Notes: generated by a model from the letters alone, not told the origin. Positions 50,344-63,228 are shown, counted from the first letter of the stretch. The stretch is DNA of 64,000 nucleotides from Callorhinchus milii (GCF_018977255.1 NW_024704748.1:17856001-17920000), one strand, 5' to 3'. A program made the numbers and translations.

Positions 50344-51583
50344 GTGGGTACTATGAATGTTGACTCTTGCATCATTCCATTTATTGGAGACAGGCAATGT
50401 GTTCTGGGCAGCAAGCCATCCAAAGTTACTACCTGGAGGAATTTTGCTGCTGCAACATGTTCCGTTTTATTCTGTTTTATTATGGTTGTCCTTTCATGTG
50501 TTACAGTTGTAGATGTTAATCTGTTTCTTTTTAAAATGGAGCATTAAAAGTTGACATTTGGCTACTCTGCCAAGTTACCACGTAACAAAAAGACTTTTAT
50601 TAGAGGAAAAGACTTTTATTAGAAAGAAAATCTTAACGGCAAGCAGGTAGAATTTTATTGCCTATTAACCATTGACAAATGTTTTGAAAGAAATGTTTAT
50701 GTCAGAGTAAAAAACCTGGGCACAGCGCTCACACTAAGGAGCGGAGGGACCATGAAGAGGTTCTGAGGTTCTGAAGAGGTTCTGATCTCTCTTTGGGTGG
50801 AGGAGGAAGACTAGCAACGACAGATAGCACTTAGGAGAAGGAGAAAATTCCAAAGAACCACAAGTTCATTCCAGACCTTTGCCACTTACTTTCACTGAAT
50901 GTGGTTAACTCTTTGTGATCCTTGTCAGATGGCATGTTAAACAGTACAGAATTGTGTCTTCCAATTTTTTTTTAAGCTCTCCAGTCTATAACCCTGTACC
51001 CCATCCAAACAGTTGTTGGAAAGCAGCATGTTAATGCACCTCTGGACAAACAGTCAAACCAACAGGAATAGCCTCCTGCTACTCGCGCCCACACCCACCC
51101 CACCCACCACCCCTTCTCATTCCTGAGTCTCTTATCAGACATTTCCCAACAATATCTTCTGTGTTCATTTTTTTGTGATGTCCACAGTTTATCACACAAA
51201 TGCTTGATGAGCCTGCCTTAAGATGGTTCACAGCGTCTGCTGTTGAGAAGCAGATGCATTTATATTCACAGTTTTTAATCCTGGATTAGTACCAGGGCCG
51301 TTTCAGATATGGGTATTAATGCATTTATCTTATACTGTTGGACTCAGTAATCAACATCACCTTGTAAAGTCCACAGCAATATCATCACTATCCACTACTA
51401 AACAAAACTGTTCCAAAAAGCAACAAAGGGTGTTAGCTTCCATAATTCTTTTGATAGTTTGATAGAGGGCTACTAATAATAAAACTGGCTGCTTAGGACA
51501 TGCAGTTAAACCTCTGTGCGCGTTCCTTTTGTTTCAGAAAATTTATGGAAGGAATTTCAGTGGCTACTGCTTAGCACATTTTG

Positions 51584-52718
51584 TTCATCAGCAAAGCTTT
51601 AATTTTAAGCAGGATTTGATTTCAGGAGATTCCTGCTGAACGTTGTGAGGGCTTTGTGTCTTTGTGTATCAGTTTGGTTAGTAAAATTGTAGAACGTGAG
51701 CAAGGAATGCTGAGGACATCTAGTGGCAGTTTATGGCTATTATCCCAAATTCTGCAAAGATCACTGCGAGAATGACTAGTTAGATTTTCATTAAAGAAAG
51801 ACTCGGGATCTCTATAAGGTCTTTGTGTAAATCGGACACAAGGCCACAGGATGAAGAGATGTTAGTTTTTAAATACAGGACGATAGGAAGGGAGAAAATA
51901 ATTAATATTTATAAACTACCATAAGGGTATTTATAAGCCATTATTAATAATAATAATCTTAATAATCCTTGCATTTGATATTGCGCCTTATCATGTCTTC
52001 GAGATGTCTCAAAGCGCTTCACAGAATACACTGTAAAGTGAATTGATTGTATATTTTGAGGGAAAATATTTAATATATATTACATCATATATTTTTAAAA
52101 ATCCGTCTATTTTATATAGCGTCTTTCACATTAGGAGGATGTTCCAAAGCGCTTCACAGGATATATTGTAAAGTGGAATGACTGGGTGTTTTGTGGGTGA
52201 ATGTGATAACTAATTTGAGCACAGCAATGTCCCACAGATAGCTATGGAATGAAAAAGTCTTTAATACAGATAACTTAGCGTGACATAAAAGATTATAAAG
52301 TATCAGAATAGAATTAGACTGGTCCTGAAGTTTCTCTCTGGAAATGTTGGAAATGGTAACATGGAGTCAAATTACTTGTTGATGCTGCTCACCTATGTGT
52401 CTGTTTCATCCTTTGCACAATGAAATGAAAGGCAACAAGGATCCATGTAACAGCCCTGTAAATATTAATTGGGTGTTATTGAGGAATCGTTTTTATTCTC
52501 AAGAAGCATTACATATTCTGAAAGTGCAAGAATAAATCTCACTATTATTCATCAGTAAAGCTTTAATTTTAGGATTTGATTTCAGGAGATACCTGTGAGG
52601 GCTTTTTGCCTTTGTGTTGCTTTTGTGTTGCTTCAGTTTGTGTTCGTTAAAATTGTGCAACATTAACAAGGTGCTTGGAGGACATCTAGTGGCAATTTAC
52701 GAGAATATCCCACATTCT
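51584..52718. repeat. ~170-bp diverged direct repeat, copies at 51584-51753 and 52548-52718
   Basis: Shared blocks TTCATCAG.AAAGCTTTAATTTTA, AGGATTTGATTTCAGGAGAT, TGTGAGGGCTTT, TAAAATTGT, GAGGACATCTAGTGGCA, TATCCCA.ATTCT. Confidence 0.9.
51945..52255 (-). mobile_element. Two adjacent SINE 3' tail fragments
   Basis: 'caaagcgcttcacag' tails at ~52010 and ~52146; the first is preceded by (AAT)n-ccttgcatttgatat. Confidence 0.75.
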
Positions 52719-53304
52719 CTTTTAAGTGAGACCCATAAGCGTTACAGTCTGTTGAACTTTCACCATTGAGGTTTCTGTTTCAGCAAATCCATGTGATAAC
52801 TGGGATTTTTAAATAGTTTATTTAGAGGACTGGGAGGAGTGCAGTGGAAAAAGAAATGGGGGGATAAGTAAGGAAATTATATCTTTAGGATTAGAGAGAG
52901 AAAGTCCATATTATCGTAACATAAAAGGACAGTTTGTCACATGCCACAGTTAGTGGACAAAGTTGAACATATCTTTGGATCAAGAAACCACAGAGTCCAG
53001 GATCAACATGACTAATTGTACAGATTTTCAGAAAATCTTCCCTATTACTTTGCCGACTGTGGTTTCTCATTCAGTTTTTCTAAAGCTGCGCAAAGTGGAT
53101 CAGTTGCTAGAACGGAAAGATTGTACTTTTTATGGTAAATGTGAAATATGAATTTTCTGACCGTAAGCGATTTCTTTACTACTATAAAGATAGCCTTGTG
53201 AGCAAAAGCCTAAAGGCTTTAGTCAAAGAAATGGGCTTTTAACTTTCTAAATAATATGAGTGAAACAAATTTACTATTTACTATATATTGAATCTGTGTT
53301 GCAG

Positions 53305-53403
53305 AATGGTTTCACCCCACTTCATATAGCATGCAAGAAGAACCGAATTAAAGTAATGGATCTTTTGTTAAAGCATGGAGCATCGATTCAGGCAGTTACT
53401 GAG
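53305..53403 (+). CDS. ANK3: ANK3 exon 11: [33 protein letters not shown]
   Basis: ttgcag|AAT...GAG|gtacca; 99 nt. Confidence 0.97.
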
Positions 53404-53519
53404 GTACCATATGTGTTTTGTACTTAAAAGAATTATCAAGAATAATAGGTTGCTTTTTTAAAAAAAACAAATTCCATGTTAGCCAGTGACATGTTTGTGA
53501 CCCACTTTATTCTTTGCAG

Positions 53520-53618
53520 TCGGGCCTTACACCTATTCATGTTGCTGCCTTTATGGGACACGTGAATATTGTGACACAGTTAATGCAACATGGAGCATCA
53601 CCAAATACAACAAACGTG
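53520..53618 (+). CDS. ANK3: ANK3 exon 12: [33 protein letters not shown]
   Basis: ttgcag|TCG...GTG|gtgagt; 99 nt. Confidence 0.97.
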
Positions 53619-53816
53619 GTGAGTGGGATATTTTTGTTTATTTCACTGTGTTTGTGAAAGTTGGAAGCCACAGGAACACAAATTGAACAAATCATCAGGC
53701 CCAGCTAGATCATTGGCTGAATTTCTCTTGTTTTTGGACTTGGCAGAACAGTTTGAGACAGTTTAAAAGATTGCATATTCAGTCTGCATTTCTTCTTTTC
53801 TCTGTCCTGTCATTAG

Positions 53817-53915
53817 AGAGGAGAGACGGCACTGCACATGGCTGCCCGGGCAGGACAAGCAGATGTTGTGCGTCATTTGGTTCAGAATGGAGCTCAAGTG
53901 GAAGCAAAAGCTAAG
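53817..53915 (+). CDS. ANK3: ANK3 exon 13: [33 protein letters not shown]
   Basis: cattag|AGA...AAG|gtgcaa; 99 nt. Confidence 0.96.
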
Positions 53916-54463
53916 GTGCAAAAAAAAGGATCATTTCCTCAAAAGTTAAGCTGTGACACTTCAAAAGACTAATAGCTGTTTGAAGTTATATTTGTGCCAA
54001 CACATCACGTATTTACCAACCTTGCCATAAAGTTTTACATATCATGATTTCAGTGAGGGTGTCCCTTTAAAAGTAGCATTGTCTAAACACTGGATTGGTA
54101 GGACCTAACATGGAGCTCTGTGATGGGTCTGTCTGGACATGGGTGTACAGAATGTTGTATTATTTGATTAATTGTGCTTCTTATTAGTTGTGATGGAGCA
54201 GTATTCACAGAGGTTCTGATAAAACCTTGCACCATTGAGCTATCAAAGGGAGAAATTATAGTTTTATAGAAATATCATGCATGGGATCTGACTGTATCAG
54301 GCTGGTGCTATCATTAGTTCGTAAACATTTAATTCACAAAGGTGACATCGTCAGGTGAATAGTGGCCTATAACGATGATATTGTTGAGTCATTTGGGGTT
54401 TAGTCAAGTGTTTTTCTTGGAACTTATTTGGAGTTGTATCCTGATTTCCTTTAAAACATTCAG

Positions 54464-54661
54464 GATGACCAGACTCCTCTGCACATTGCTTCTCGATTGG
54501 GAAAAGCTGATATTGTTCAGCTGTTACTGCAACATGGAGCCTCACCAGATGCAGCCACGACGTCTGGTTATACCCCATTGCATATTTCAGCTCGGGAAGG
54601 TCATGAAGATGTGGCCTCCATTCTACTGGAACAAGGGGCTTCTCTCTCTGTGAACACCAAG
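54464..54661 (+). CDS. ANK3: ANK3 exon 14 (two repeats): [66 protein letters not shown]
   Basis: attcag|GAT...AAG|gtacaa; 198 nt. Confidence 0.97.
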
Positions 54662-54955
54662 GTACAATGCTCAGTACTGAGATTATCTATAGACCGTTGT
54701 ATACTGAATATTCTATTGAAATAGCTGGCTCAATGCTGTGCTTTTTAATTGATTCATCTGTATAATAATACATGGAACCTGCTTGCAAACGGTTGATATC
54801 ACTAACAATTACACCATAGCTAATTTTGCTTTGTTAGGATTTAGCGTAAGAACAACCTATTGTAGTAGGATGTGAGCACTTGTCATATGAGCACGTGGCC
54901 TTATGGTATGTATGAAGTAATGAGTCATATTTGACATCTTCTCCCTTCATTACAG

Positions 54956-55054
54956 AAAGGATTCACTCCTCTACATGTAGCTGCAAAGTATGGGAAGATA
55001 GAGGTGGCCAACCTTTTGCTTCAGAAAAATGCATCTCCTAATGTCTCTGGAAAG
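54956..55054 (+). CDS. ANK3: ANK3 exon 15: [33 protein letters not shown]
   Basis: ttacag|AAA...AAG|gtaata; 99 nt. Confidence 0.97.
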
Positions 55055-55932
55055 GTAATATTTGAACCATATAGTCATTTTTTCATGCAGTTCTACTAAT
55101 CAGATGGATAAGAATTTATTGATGTATTATTAAATAAATGCACTGTATGATGTGAGTCATGCGGATGAAGTCCTGAAATTTACACAGTCTCAGCTTTAAG
55201 GCTGTTTATTGTCTTGAAATTTAAGGTCATGCAGAAGTTTGACCAAACCTTAAATTTAATCTTAATTTAGAAAAATAATTTTCTTGCAGGTCTTCAATTT
55301 CAATGTTCAGACTAAATTTATGACATTTCCAAAATTCTGCACAGTATCAAATTTTATTGCAATGGTCTTAGGGTTAACATAAATAGAAATTTGTGCCTGG
55401 TTCCTGGTATTTAATGAATTAGAAAATCTCAATGAGTATAGCATTGAGACTGTTTCAATTACGTTATGTCCCTGGGCTAGATTAGGTAAAGTCAGCCTCA
55501 GCTGTTATGATTCCCCCTTGGTCAAATGGTTCACTGTCCACCCAGAACTCATTTGAATCTGCATTGTTTGATAAAATATAGATCATGGGGGAGTGCAGGG
55601 GAAACTATGGGTGATTGTAAGGGTGGGATGGGATTCCTATGATAATTCTATAATTATATGATATTCCTATAATCCTCAGTGTAGAGCGAATAACAGAGGA
55701 ACTGTAACAATAATGATCCTTGCATTTGAGAAATTATTATTATTTCCAATCGAAAATCTAGTGACTTGACTTGCTTTTCAACAGGTTTCAAATTTTTCAA
55801 GACAAAATAATTTAGATAATCCGGGTGGGGATGGGGGAGGGGAGGGGAAGGTAAAGATTTCTTGTTTTGCATAATGTTTCTAATTTAATTTAAATACTTA
55901 ACGAGCAACTCTCTTTCTCCCTTTCCTTGCAG

Positions 55933-56031
55933 AGTGGCCTGACTCCACTGCATGTTGCTGCACACTATGATAACCAAAAAGTAGCCCTGCTGCTGTTAGA
56001 TCAAGGAGCTTCTCCTCACGCGGCTGCAAAG
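55933..56031 (+). CDS. ANK3: ANK3 exon 16: [33 protein letters not shown]
   Basis: ttgcag|AGT...AAG|gtacag; 99 nt. Confidence 0.97.
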
Positions 56032-59000
56032 GTACAGTATACAGACGAGGAGGAGATGAGAACCAGCAACATATGTGGACAATATTCACTGGAGTAACTG
56101 CTGTGGGGTCTTTACACTGAGAAACCAGCAGCTTTTTAAGACGGCATGTGTGTTATGTAGAAGATATACCATTACTGCAGTGTGAGCAATCCTGGTAATG
56201 CATGATACACAATTTGAGGGGAAATATCCATGGTGCACTCTGTTCAAACGACACTGACATATTAAGCAAATGCATTTTTACTGATTTTTAAAGCTTCCTG
56301 CTCTGTACATTAAAAATGTAGTGATTTTTGAAATATGCATGGGAGGAGTTTTTGAAAACATGTTATCTTATGTAAGTCATGTCATTTTATCTTATGTGTG
56401 TCATGACGTGTGCATGCGACTGCCAGGATGGTGGAAGGCGAACTGGATGGACCTTGGTCTTCTTTCGTCTCGCAATGTCTATGTTCTTCTCATGTCGCAC
56501 CACTTTATATCCACAATTACAACTGTAAGCAAACATTGAGTGCAGGATTGATTGATTTATTAGTTGATTGCACCATTGATAAAAGCTTTCAGGGCTGGTG
56601 AAATATTGCAGAGAAAAATAAACTTGCAGCTAGTTTTACATTTTATTTATGAACTGTTGTGAAATTAATGCGTATCGTTCCATTAATATCCTTAGTTCTA
56701 GTATTCAGAAACCCAAGAATATCATTTTTGTAGATGCTATAATGAAACCTTGTGTATTTCTTTAAAATTCTTGGTGGAAAAATCAGTGCTCAGAGAATTT
56801 GGTTGATTCTGCTGAATCAAACGTTATCGGCATGTTCATTTTGAAATACATGTAAACAAAACCGTTCAGTAGATGGTCCATTCAGTTTCAGAGCAGTTCA
56901 TGTGTATGGTCATCTTCGGTCATCCCAATTTCTATACATTAACCTCACAGTTTCAAAAGATCTTTTGGTTGCAATTGGATCAATGCCAATAAATTGTAGT
57001 TAAACTTAAACCAATACCTTACTGTGTGGATTTCATTCCTGGCTTGTGTGCCTTTTTTTATTATCTTATTCCCTATTTCTGTCTTATGGCATTTCCATCT
57101 GTTACACAAGCAAAAATGGGAAATTTTGATACCCATGCTCTTTGGTATAGAGAGCATTTTACCACCAGATAGGATCAAGCAAGAGACAGACGTCTGGAGC
57201 AGGAGCTACAGAATTGAATTTCCAGAAGCAAATCTGTTTATGTGGAAGTTATCTTGAACTTTGAACAGAATACTGTACATAAGCAGACTGGATTGTATTT
57301 AGTATCAAAGTATCATGATTAATAGCTAATGGAGTATTTACAAATCAGAATCCTTTTGAAATAAAAGCAAAATATCAATTATTCCATCTCTGGGAATGAA
57401 ATCTCTGTTTCCAGTCTGTAAACCAAATCATTTCCATGTACTGTACTTGGAAATAATTTATGCTTTTTTTAAAAAAAAGCTTCTAATTGTTAAAATACAG
57501 AATGTTAATAGAATGTCATTGTTTATCTTTTATGAATTTTATGGATTGTGTACCGCTTTTAGCAGTTTGTACTGATTTTCAATAATAGAGGAATATATTA
57601 CATATAATCTACTCAGCACCACTAAATTACTTGGCATTTTATTATCTTACTCAAAAAAAATCAATAGTCTAAAAAATGGCGTTATTTAAACCAACATTGG
57701 GAGTGGCATTATTATCCATTTATGGTAAAGTTCCTCCATTTGCACATCTGAATGAGTTCAATGATGACATTGTGCTTATTGGAACAATTGTCTGACTGCA
57801 GTTATGGTTTCCATACCAGGAGATATAGTTGGCAATATAGTTGTCCAAAACTGGTATGAAGATTTTAACTGCAATATGAAAGATGGAGGATAAAAGGGAG
57901 GAGGAAATGTTTTGTAAAGTAAAATATGTTAATTAAGTTATATCTTTTGTATTAAAATCCATTTGTAAAAAAAAATGGAAAATCCGTAATATAATGAAGT
58001 GCCTGAAGACGCTATATTTAAAAACAGTATTACAGACCCAGAGTAATCCCTAAGGCATTGGAAATAAGACAAAGTAGAAAGAGGTCACGGTGACAGTAAC
58101 CTTCACAACTATAGACAGAACAGGATTTCTGATAAAACTACACATAAGATGCTCTTAAGCTCCTCATAGATGTCTAGTGTTGGTTATTCACACAGGAAGT
58201 AATGTAGGTGGGTGCCTACATTGTGATTTGAATATCTGATGGGAGCTTCTATTGCCTTCCCTTGACCATGTTCCTGGATCTGGTATAGCACTGCCATAAT
58301 GCTCAAATATAGATTTGCTTTTGAATATGGTATTACAGTTATTGCAGCTAATTAACAACAGGTGGAGCTTCACTTCACTGTGCTGTCTGCAGCTCTTAAA
58401 TTCTTTCTGGTTCTATCTAGTTTTTTCTGTCTTGAATTGTCCCGTGTGTATACGCTTGGTTCCTGCTTGTAATCTGTGAATGGTGAACTAAGACTTTACT
58501 AATTCCCTTGAGCTTCTAACCTAGGCACTCACTTGCCTCAACGAGTCTCATATTCACCATAAACATTTTTTGTAGTTTTGAACAAAAGTTATTGAGTTGT
58601 TTGAAAGACAGTGCAACATTACTGCCGTAATCTGTCCATTATCTCCAGTGTCTGGCACATTTGTCTGGATAGATGACTGAAAAGAGCATTGAATAAAGAA
58701 GTATAATTTTTTCCCCTCCCACCATCACCACTCATACCAACACACACACACATACAGACAAGTGCAAACATGCAGTTACTCCACATACACTACAGGTTTG
58801 AGAATTATTACAGTAGTTGTAAGAGGAAGCTCTTTGTAATTCTGTACCATTAGTTTGTAGCAGGCTGAAGCTTGGTGACAGGATAAGGAATGACTGGCAG
58901 GATTTGATGTGTTGCATGTGAGCGTGTGTCCCCAGAGTGATCGAGGGCCATAATCCAGCATCGACTGCAATTTGAGGAGAGGGAGAAATAATATAGAATC

Positions 59001-59227
59001 TATTATTGGGAGATGTCCATAAAATCAAAACACAAGAGTCACCATGTGCATGTTGAATATATAGTCCACAAATAAAAAAAAACTTTCATAGCATTGGTAC
59101 AGTTCAACAGTAAAGGCTTTGGTCTGTCAATTTTAAAAGTGAACAGGATTATAGTATTCTTTCGAGTTTCTTATGTTCCCTTAATTAAAATTACTGGTCA
59201 GCATGTTTTTTTCTGTCATTCTTCCAG

Positions 59228-59425
59228 AATGGTTATACACCCCTGCACATAGCTGCCAAAAAGAATCAGATGGACATAGCAACAACCCTATTGGAATATG
59301 GTGCTGACACCAACACAGTTACCAGGCAAGGGATAACACCAGTGCACCTAGCAGCCCAGGAAGGTCACGTCGATATGGTTTCTTTACTTCTTGCTCGAAA
59401 CGCAAACGTAAACCTGGGGAACAAG
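59228..59425 (+). CDS. ANK3: ANK3 exon 17 (two repeats): [66 protein letters not shown]
   Basis: ttccag|AAT...AAG|gtaggt; 198 nt. Confidence 0.97.
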
Positions 59426-59529
59426 GTAGGTGTCTGTGAGCGTCAACTTTCTAATCAGCTTTTATTGTGTGTATTGTAGTGAGTTTCTCCTGCTTGCATG
59501 ACTTCATGTGAATACTAATCGATAAACTG

Positions 59530-59929
59530 TGTTAGTTTGGCTCAGGGGTAGCACTCTCACCTCTGACTCAGAAGGTTGTGGATCAGGTCTTGGAACTCAA
59601 ATAGTCTAGATTGTTATTGCAATGCAGTACTAGGGGTGTGTTGCATTGTTGAAGATGCCGTTCTTCGAATGAGACTTTAAACCGAGGTCCGGTCTGCCTG
59701 TTCAGATGAACGTTTAAGATCCCTTGGTGCTGTTGGAAAAGAGAAGGGAATTTCCTAGCCAACAATCCCCCAAGTAAAAATTTGTCATTCGTTTCATGGC
59801 TGTGCTGCCACATTTGCCTATAAATACACAGTAACTCCATTTCACAGTAAATCCTGTGAAGTACTTTGAGACATCCTTCAGGGATGATACATAGTAATAC
59901 CAAATGCAAGAATAATTATTATTATTATA
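59530..59929 (+). mobile_element. Near-full-length tRNA-derived SINE with a Deu-domain-like core (DeuSINE; SacSINE1/AmnSINE1-related)
   Basis: A-box TGGCTCAGGGG. Core 'gcagtact..gg.gtg.tgcattgt.gaag.tgccgt..ttcg.atgagac.ttaaaccgagg.cc.gtctgcc..ttcag.tg.acgt..aagatccc.tgg' matches the Deu-domain as I recall it. L2-like tail plus (ATT)n. Confidence 0.8.
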
Positions 59930-60759
59930 ATTCCTGAGCATTCACTGAATGCTCCAAAACATTGAGGCTGCACTTACCAGAATTTCCATATTCTTATAAG
60001 AATCACATTTTTCCCTGACTTTCTGATCATTGTTTTTTAACTGTGCAATTGCGAACAATGGAAAGGCAGGAGATACTGAGAACTTGGACCACCAGATTGG
60101 AGCAAGAGACTCCACACAAAGGGAGAACAAGCTCTAACATGCATCTGAAGGGATGCCTCCAAAGTAAGAGTGGAGCAGGTCAGCCATCCATGCTGTTTGT
60201 CACACTGTGCCTGGCCCAGGCACATGGGCAAAGACAATCATAGGGTACATAACAACTTAAACAACCCGCAGATGGTCCAAACCCTCAGCACAGTGACATC
60301 CCTGGCTGGGCGCCATCAAAAATGACAATGAAGTACAAGCCTGAGGCAGACTTTACAATAACGTAGTTTCTGGAGTTTGATCAGTTTGATCTTCACATGC
60401 AAGGCAGATGCTCCTGACAGCAATGATTTTTCAGGCACAATCAATTCCAACAGTGATGACTTTGATCTGAAGAGAACCAGCACAATTAAATTTTCACCAC
60501 TTTGTTAAGCTGATGATATTCTATGTGCAGTGCACAAAGCCATTATTCTGCCGACTGTGAATGAAAACAGATATCGTCGCCTACCATTAAATATTAATCG
60601 GAATGGAGGCGTATAAATACAAAATATTTACTGCTGCACGCATTTTCTTCACAATTTATTCTGTCTAGCTTCTGCCATTGCCACAAGTTGTTAAAACTGA
60701 CTGTGTCTAAAAGTCAGATATTTCCAGAAATGTTAACACAAGGTCACTGTGATTCACAG

Positions 60760-60858
60760 AGTGGTCTGACGCCCCTCCATTTAGCTGCCCAGGAGGACCG
60801 AGTGAATGTTGCAGAGGTGCTGGTCAATCAGGGAGCTGTCATTGATCCACAAACAAAG
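60760..60858 (+). CDS. ANK3: ANK3 exon 18: SGLTPLHLAAQEDRVNVAEVLVNQGAVIDPQTK
   Basis: tcacag|AGT...AAG|gtagaa; 99 nt. Confidence 0.96.
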
Positions 60859-61369
60859 GTAGAAACATTTAAGTGTTTACCTTACTCTATTGTGCCTAAA
60901 GGCATGGAGACAGTGGAACACCCATATTCAGACACTGCAAACCTATACTTCTGCTTCCAAGGTTCCAATGTTTAATGGGTGAAAAGTCCCAGTTTTCCCA
61001 AACCTTTAACCCTTCTGATGTATGGAATGAGTTTTATGCTATTTGAATTGTCTAGTTTTAAAATGGGTTTCTAAGAGTGGGTTTCAAGATGGGTTTCTAT
61101 AAGCTTTTAAATGCCAAATAAAATTAGGACTGCTAATAGCCTTGGGACATCCTCCCAAAGTGGAAGGAGCTATATGACTGTAAATTTGTATTGTATTTTA
61201 ATGTAAAATTCTTTGAGAAAAGATATATAGCACACACTTCGTAATCTTGGGTTACCAGTCACGTTGTATCACATGATATCCGTAATCATTGGTAAATACG
61301 CTGCATATTCACTTTTTTTAAAAATGGGGATTAGTTGAGTCATTCATTTTGTCTGCTTTTTCATCATAG

Positions 61370-61468
61370 GTGGGTTACACTCCACTGCATGTCGCATGCC
61401 ACTATGGAAACGTGAAGATGGTGAACTTTCTCCTGCAGCATAATGCAAATGTGAATTCAAAGACAAAG
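61370..61468 (+). CDS. ANK3: ANK3 exon 19: [33 protein letters not shown]
   Basis: tcatag|GTG...AAG|gtttgt; 99 nt. Confidence 0.96.
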
Positions 61469-61567
61469 GTTTGTTTCACTTCAGCCTGTACTGATTTGAT
61501 CTATTAATATAACTCATGCCCAGTTGTATAAATATCTTTATTAATGCACTGTTTTCCTCTACAACAG

Positions 61568-61666
61568 AATGGATACACACCTCTGCATCAGGCTGCCCAA
61601 CAGGGACATACACACATCATAAACATCCTCCTTCAGCATGGTGCTGCTCCAGATGAAGTCACTGTG
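61568..61666 (+). CDS. ANK3: ANK3 exon 20: [33 protein letters not shown]
   Basis: caacag|AAT...GTG|gtaagc; 99 nt. Confidence 0.97.
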
Positions 61667-62943
61667 GTAAGCTAGAACAACACATTGGTGTATAAATGTT
61701 TAGTTTGTAAATTGATTTCTTTATACTCAGTTGGTTTATACAAACCATAGTGAGTCAGCAATCTAGATGGTGAATCGTCAGCCACCTTGAACAGATGATA
61801 GTTGAGTCATGACCAATAATTACCTCCCAAACACAACCTAGCTGCTCTCCACACCCTTCAATAACAACGAGTAAAGACATAATTATAATTTGAATAAAGA
61901 ATGGGTTCATTGATGTTGGCCTATTGCCAGATTATGCCCTATATCTATCACAATGACATCATTTTCAGTGAAAACTGAGTATTGCAACAGCAAGTCTGTG
62001 AATAGCAAAGTCGTGGTCGTGCAGCAAGCAGCTGTCTTTTCTACCACTGAAGTGGTCTAGATCCTCCACCGAAGCAATATATTCTCATCCATGGTCTTTT
62101 CCATCCCTGTTGATATTGTTAAAACACTTTATGCACCTGAAAACTGGTAGCTTGCCAAATGAAATGCAAACATACACTATCCCTGGGCGCTATGATCAAA
62201 GCCTTAGCATGGAGCAGAAGCCACTCCGTAGCTTAGCTCTGTTTGCTACAATTGGGCTGTGCATCTCCCATCAGTACTTACAGTTACGCCCATCTATTGG
62301 AGGTTCCAAACATCTAAGTTCTATTCATTTCATTTCTCAAACGAAAGAGAGATTTTCCTTTAAAAGAAATTCATTTTTTAGGGCAAAATCAGTTTTCTTG
62401 TATGGCAACCAAGCATGTGCTTTGTAAAGATCAGGAAAGATATGGGAATGATTACCCAATAATTTTGTGTTTTATTCCAATTTTGAACAGATTCAGTTGA
62501 AAAAAACTGACAAAACTATTCTCTCTCCAGCTTCAATGAGTCGAATTAGCCATAAACTGCAAGTGTGATTGTAAATATTACATCAGGTCAGAGTACAAAG
62601 GGTGCACTCAGCTTCGCTAAACCCAGAATAAGTCTTAAATATTCTGGAACATTCCAGTAATCCCCCTGCTCCCCCCCTCCCAGGCATGCATAACTGAAAA
62701 TGCGAAGAAGGTTAATTGCCTTTTGTATTGCTGCATGGAGAGACCATGTTGAGGTGGGGGAGAGAACAATTATAAACCTAGCAGGAACATTCAAAACGTT
62801 ATTGCTGTTTTTCAGAATTATAACAGCAGTGATTTCTCAGAAGCCATTGTAGTTTGCCTCACTCTTTCCTAGCTAGTCTTTTAATAGCTAGGAATTGAAT
62901 ATGACTCTAAATTGTTGTAAGCTCTATGTTTATATCTTTTTAG

Positions 62944-63042
62944 AATGGAAATACTGCTTTGGCCATTGCTAGGCGCCTGGGTTATATCTCGGTTGTCGAT
63001 ACGTTGAAGGTGGTCACAGAGGAAACGTTAACTGCTGTAATG
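62944..63042 (+). CDS. ANK3: ANK3 exon 21: [33 protein letters not shown]
   Basis: ttttag|AAT...ATG|gtaagt; 99 nt; last ANK repeat. Confidence 0.96.
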
Positions 63043-63228
63043 GTAAGTTCTTCTTGGATTCCATCTACATGTGCTATGGTATCACAATCAAATTCCACTC
63101 AGTTTATCCATGCCTTTGAAGCAAAGTAAAGAATATATGTTAGATTTACTAAAATATAGTAAATTACTTAACTTTTGTTGATCCCCTGTGACTCCAGACG
63201 GTTTTTAATAGTCTTTATTTTTATGCAG

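Noticed and set aside
50588-50623. 17-bp duplication AAAAGACTTTTATTAGA
   Set aside because: Ordinary slippage duplication with no sign of function.
59536-59600. tRNA gene
   Set aside because: A-box only, no intact B-box or cloverleaf, and it continues into a SINE body.
60206-60224. Palindrome TGTGCCTGG-C-CCAGGCACA
   Set aside because: A single 9-bp inverted repeat is plausible by chance in 64 kb, with no supporting context.
61469-61567. Intron of exactly 99 nt (one ANK repeat long), possibly an intronised repeat
   Set aside because: In-frame translation [12 protein letters not shown] stops and shows no ANK similarity; the length looks coincidental.
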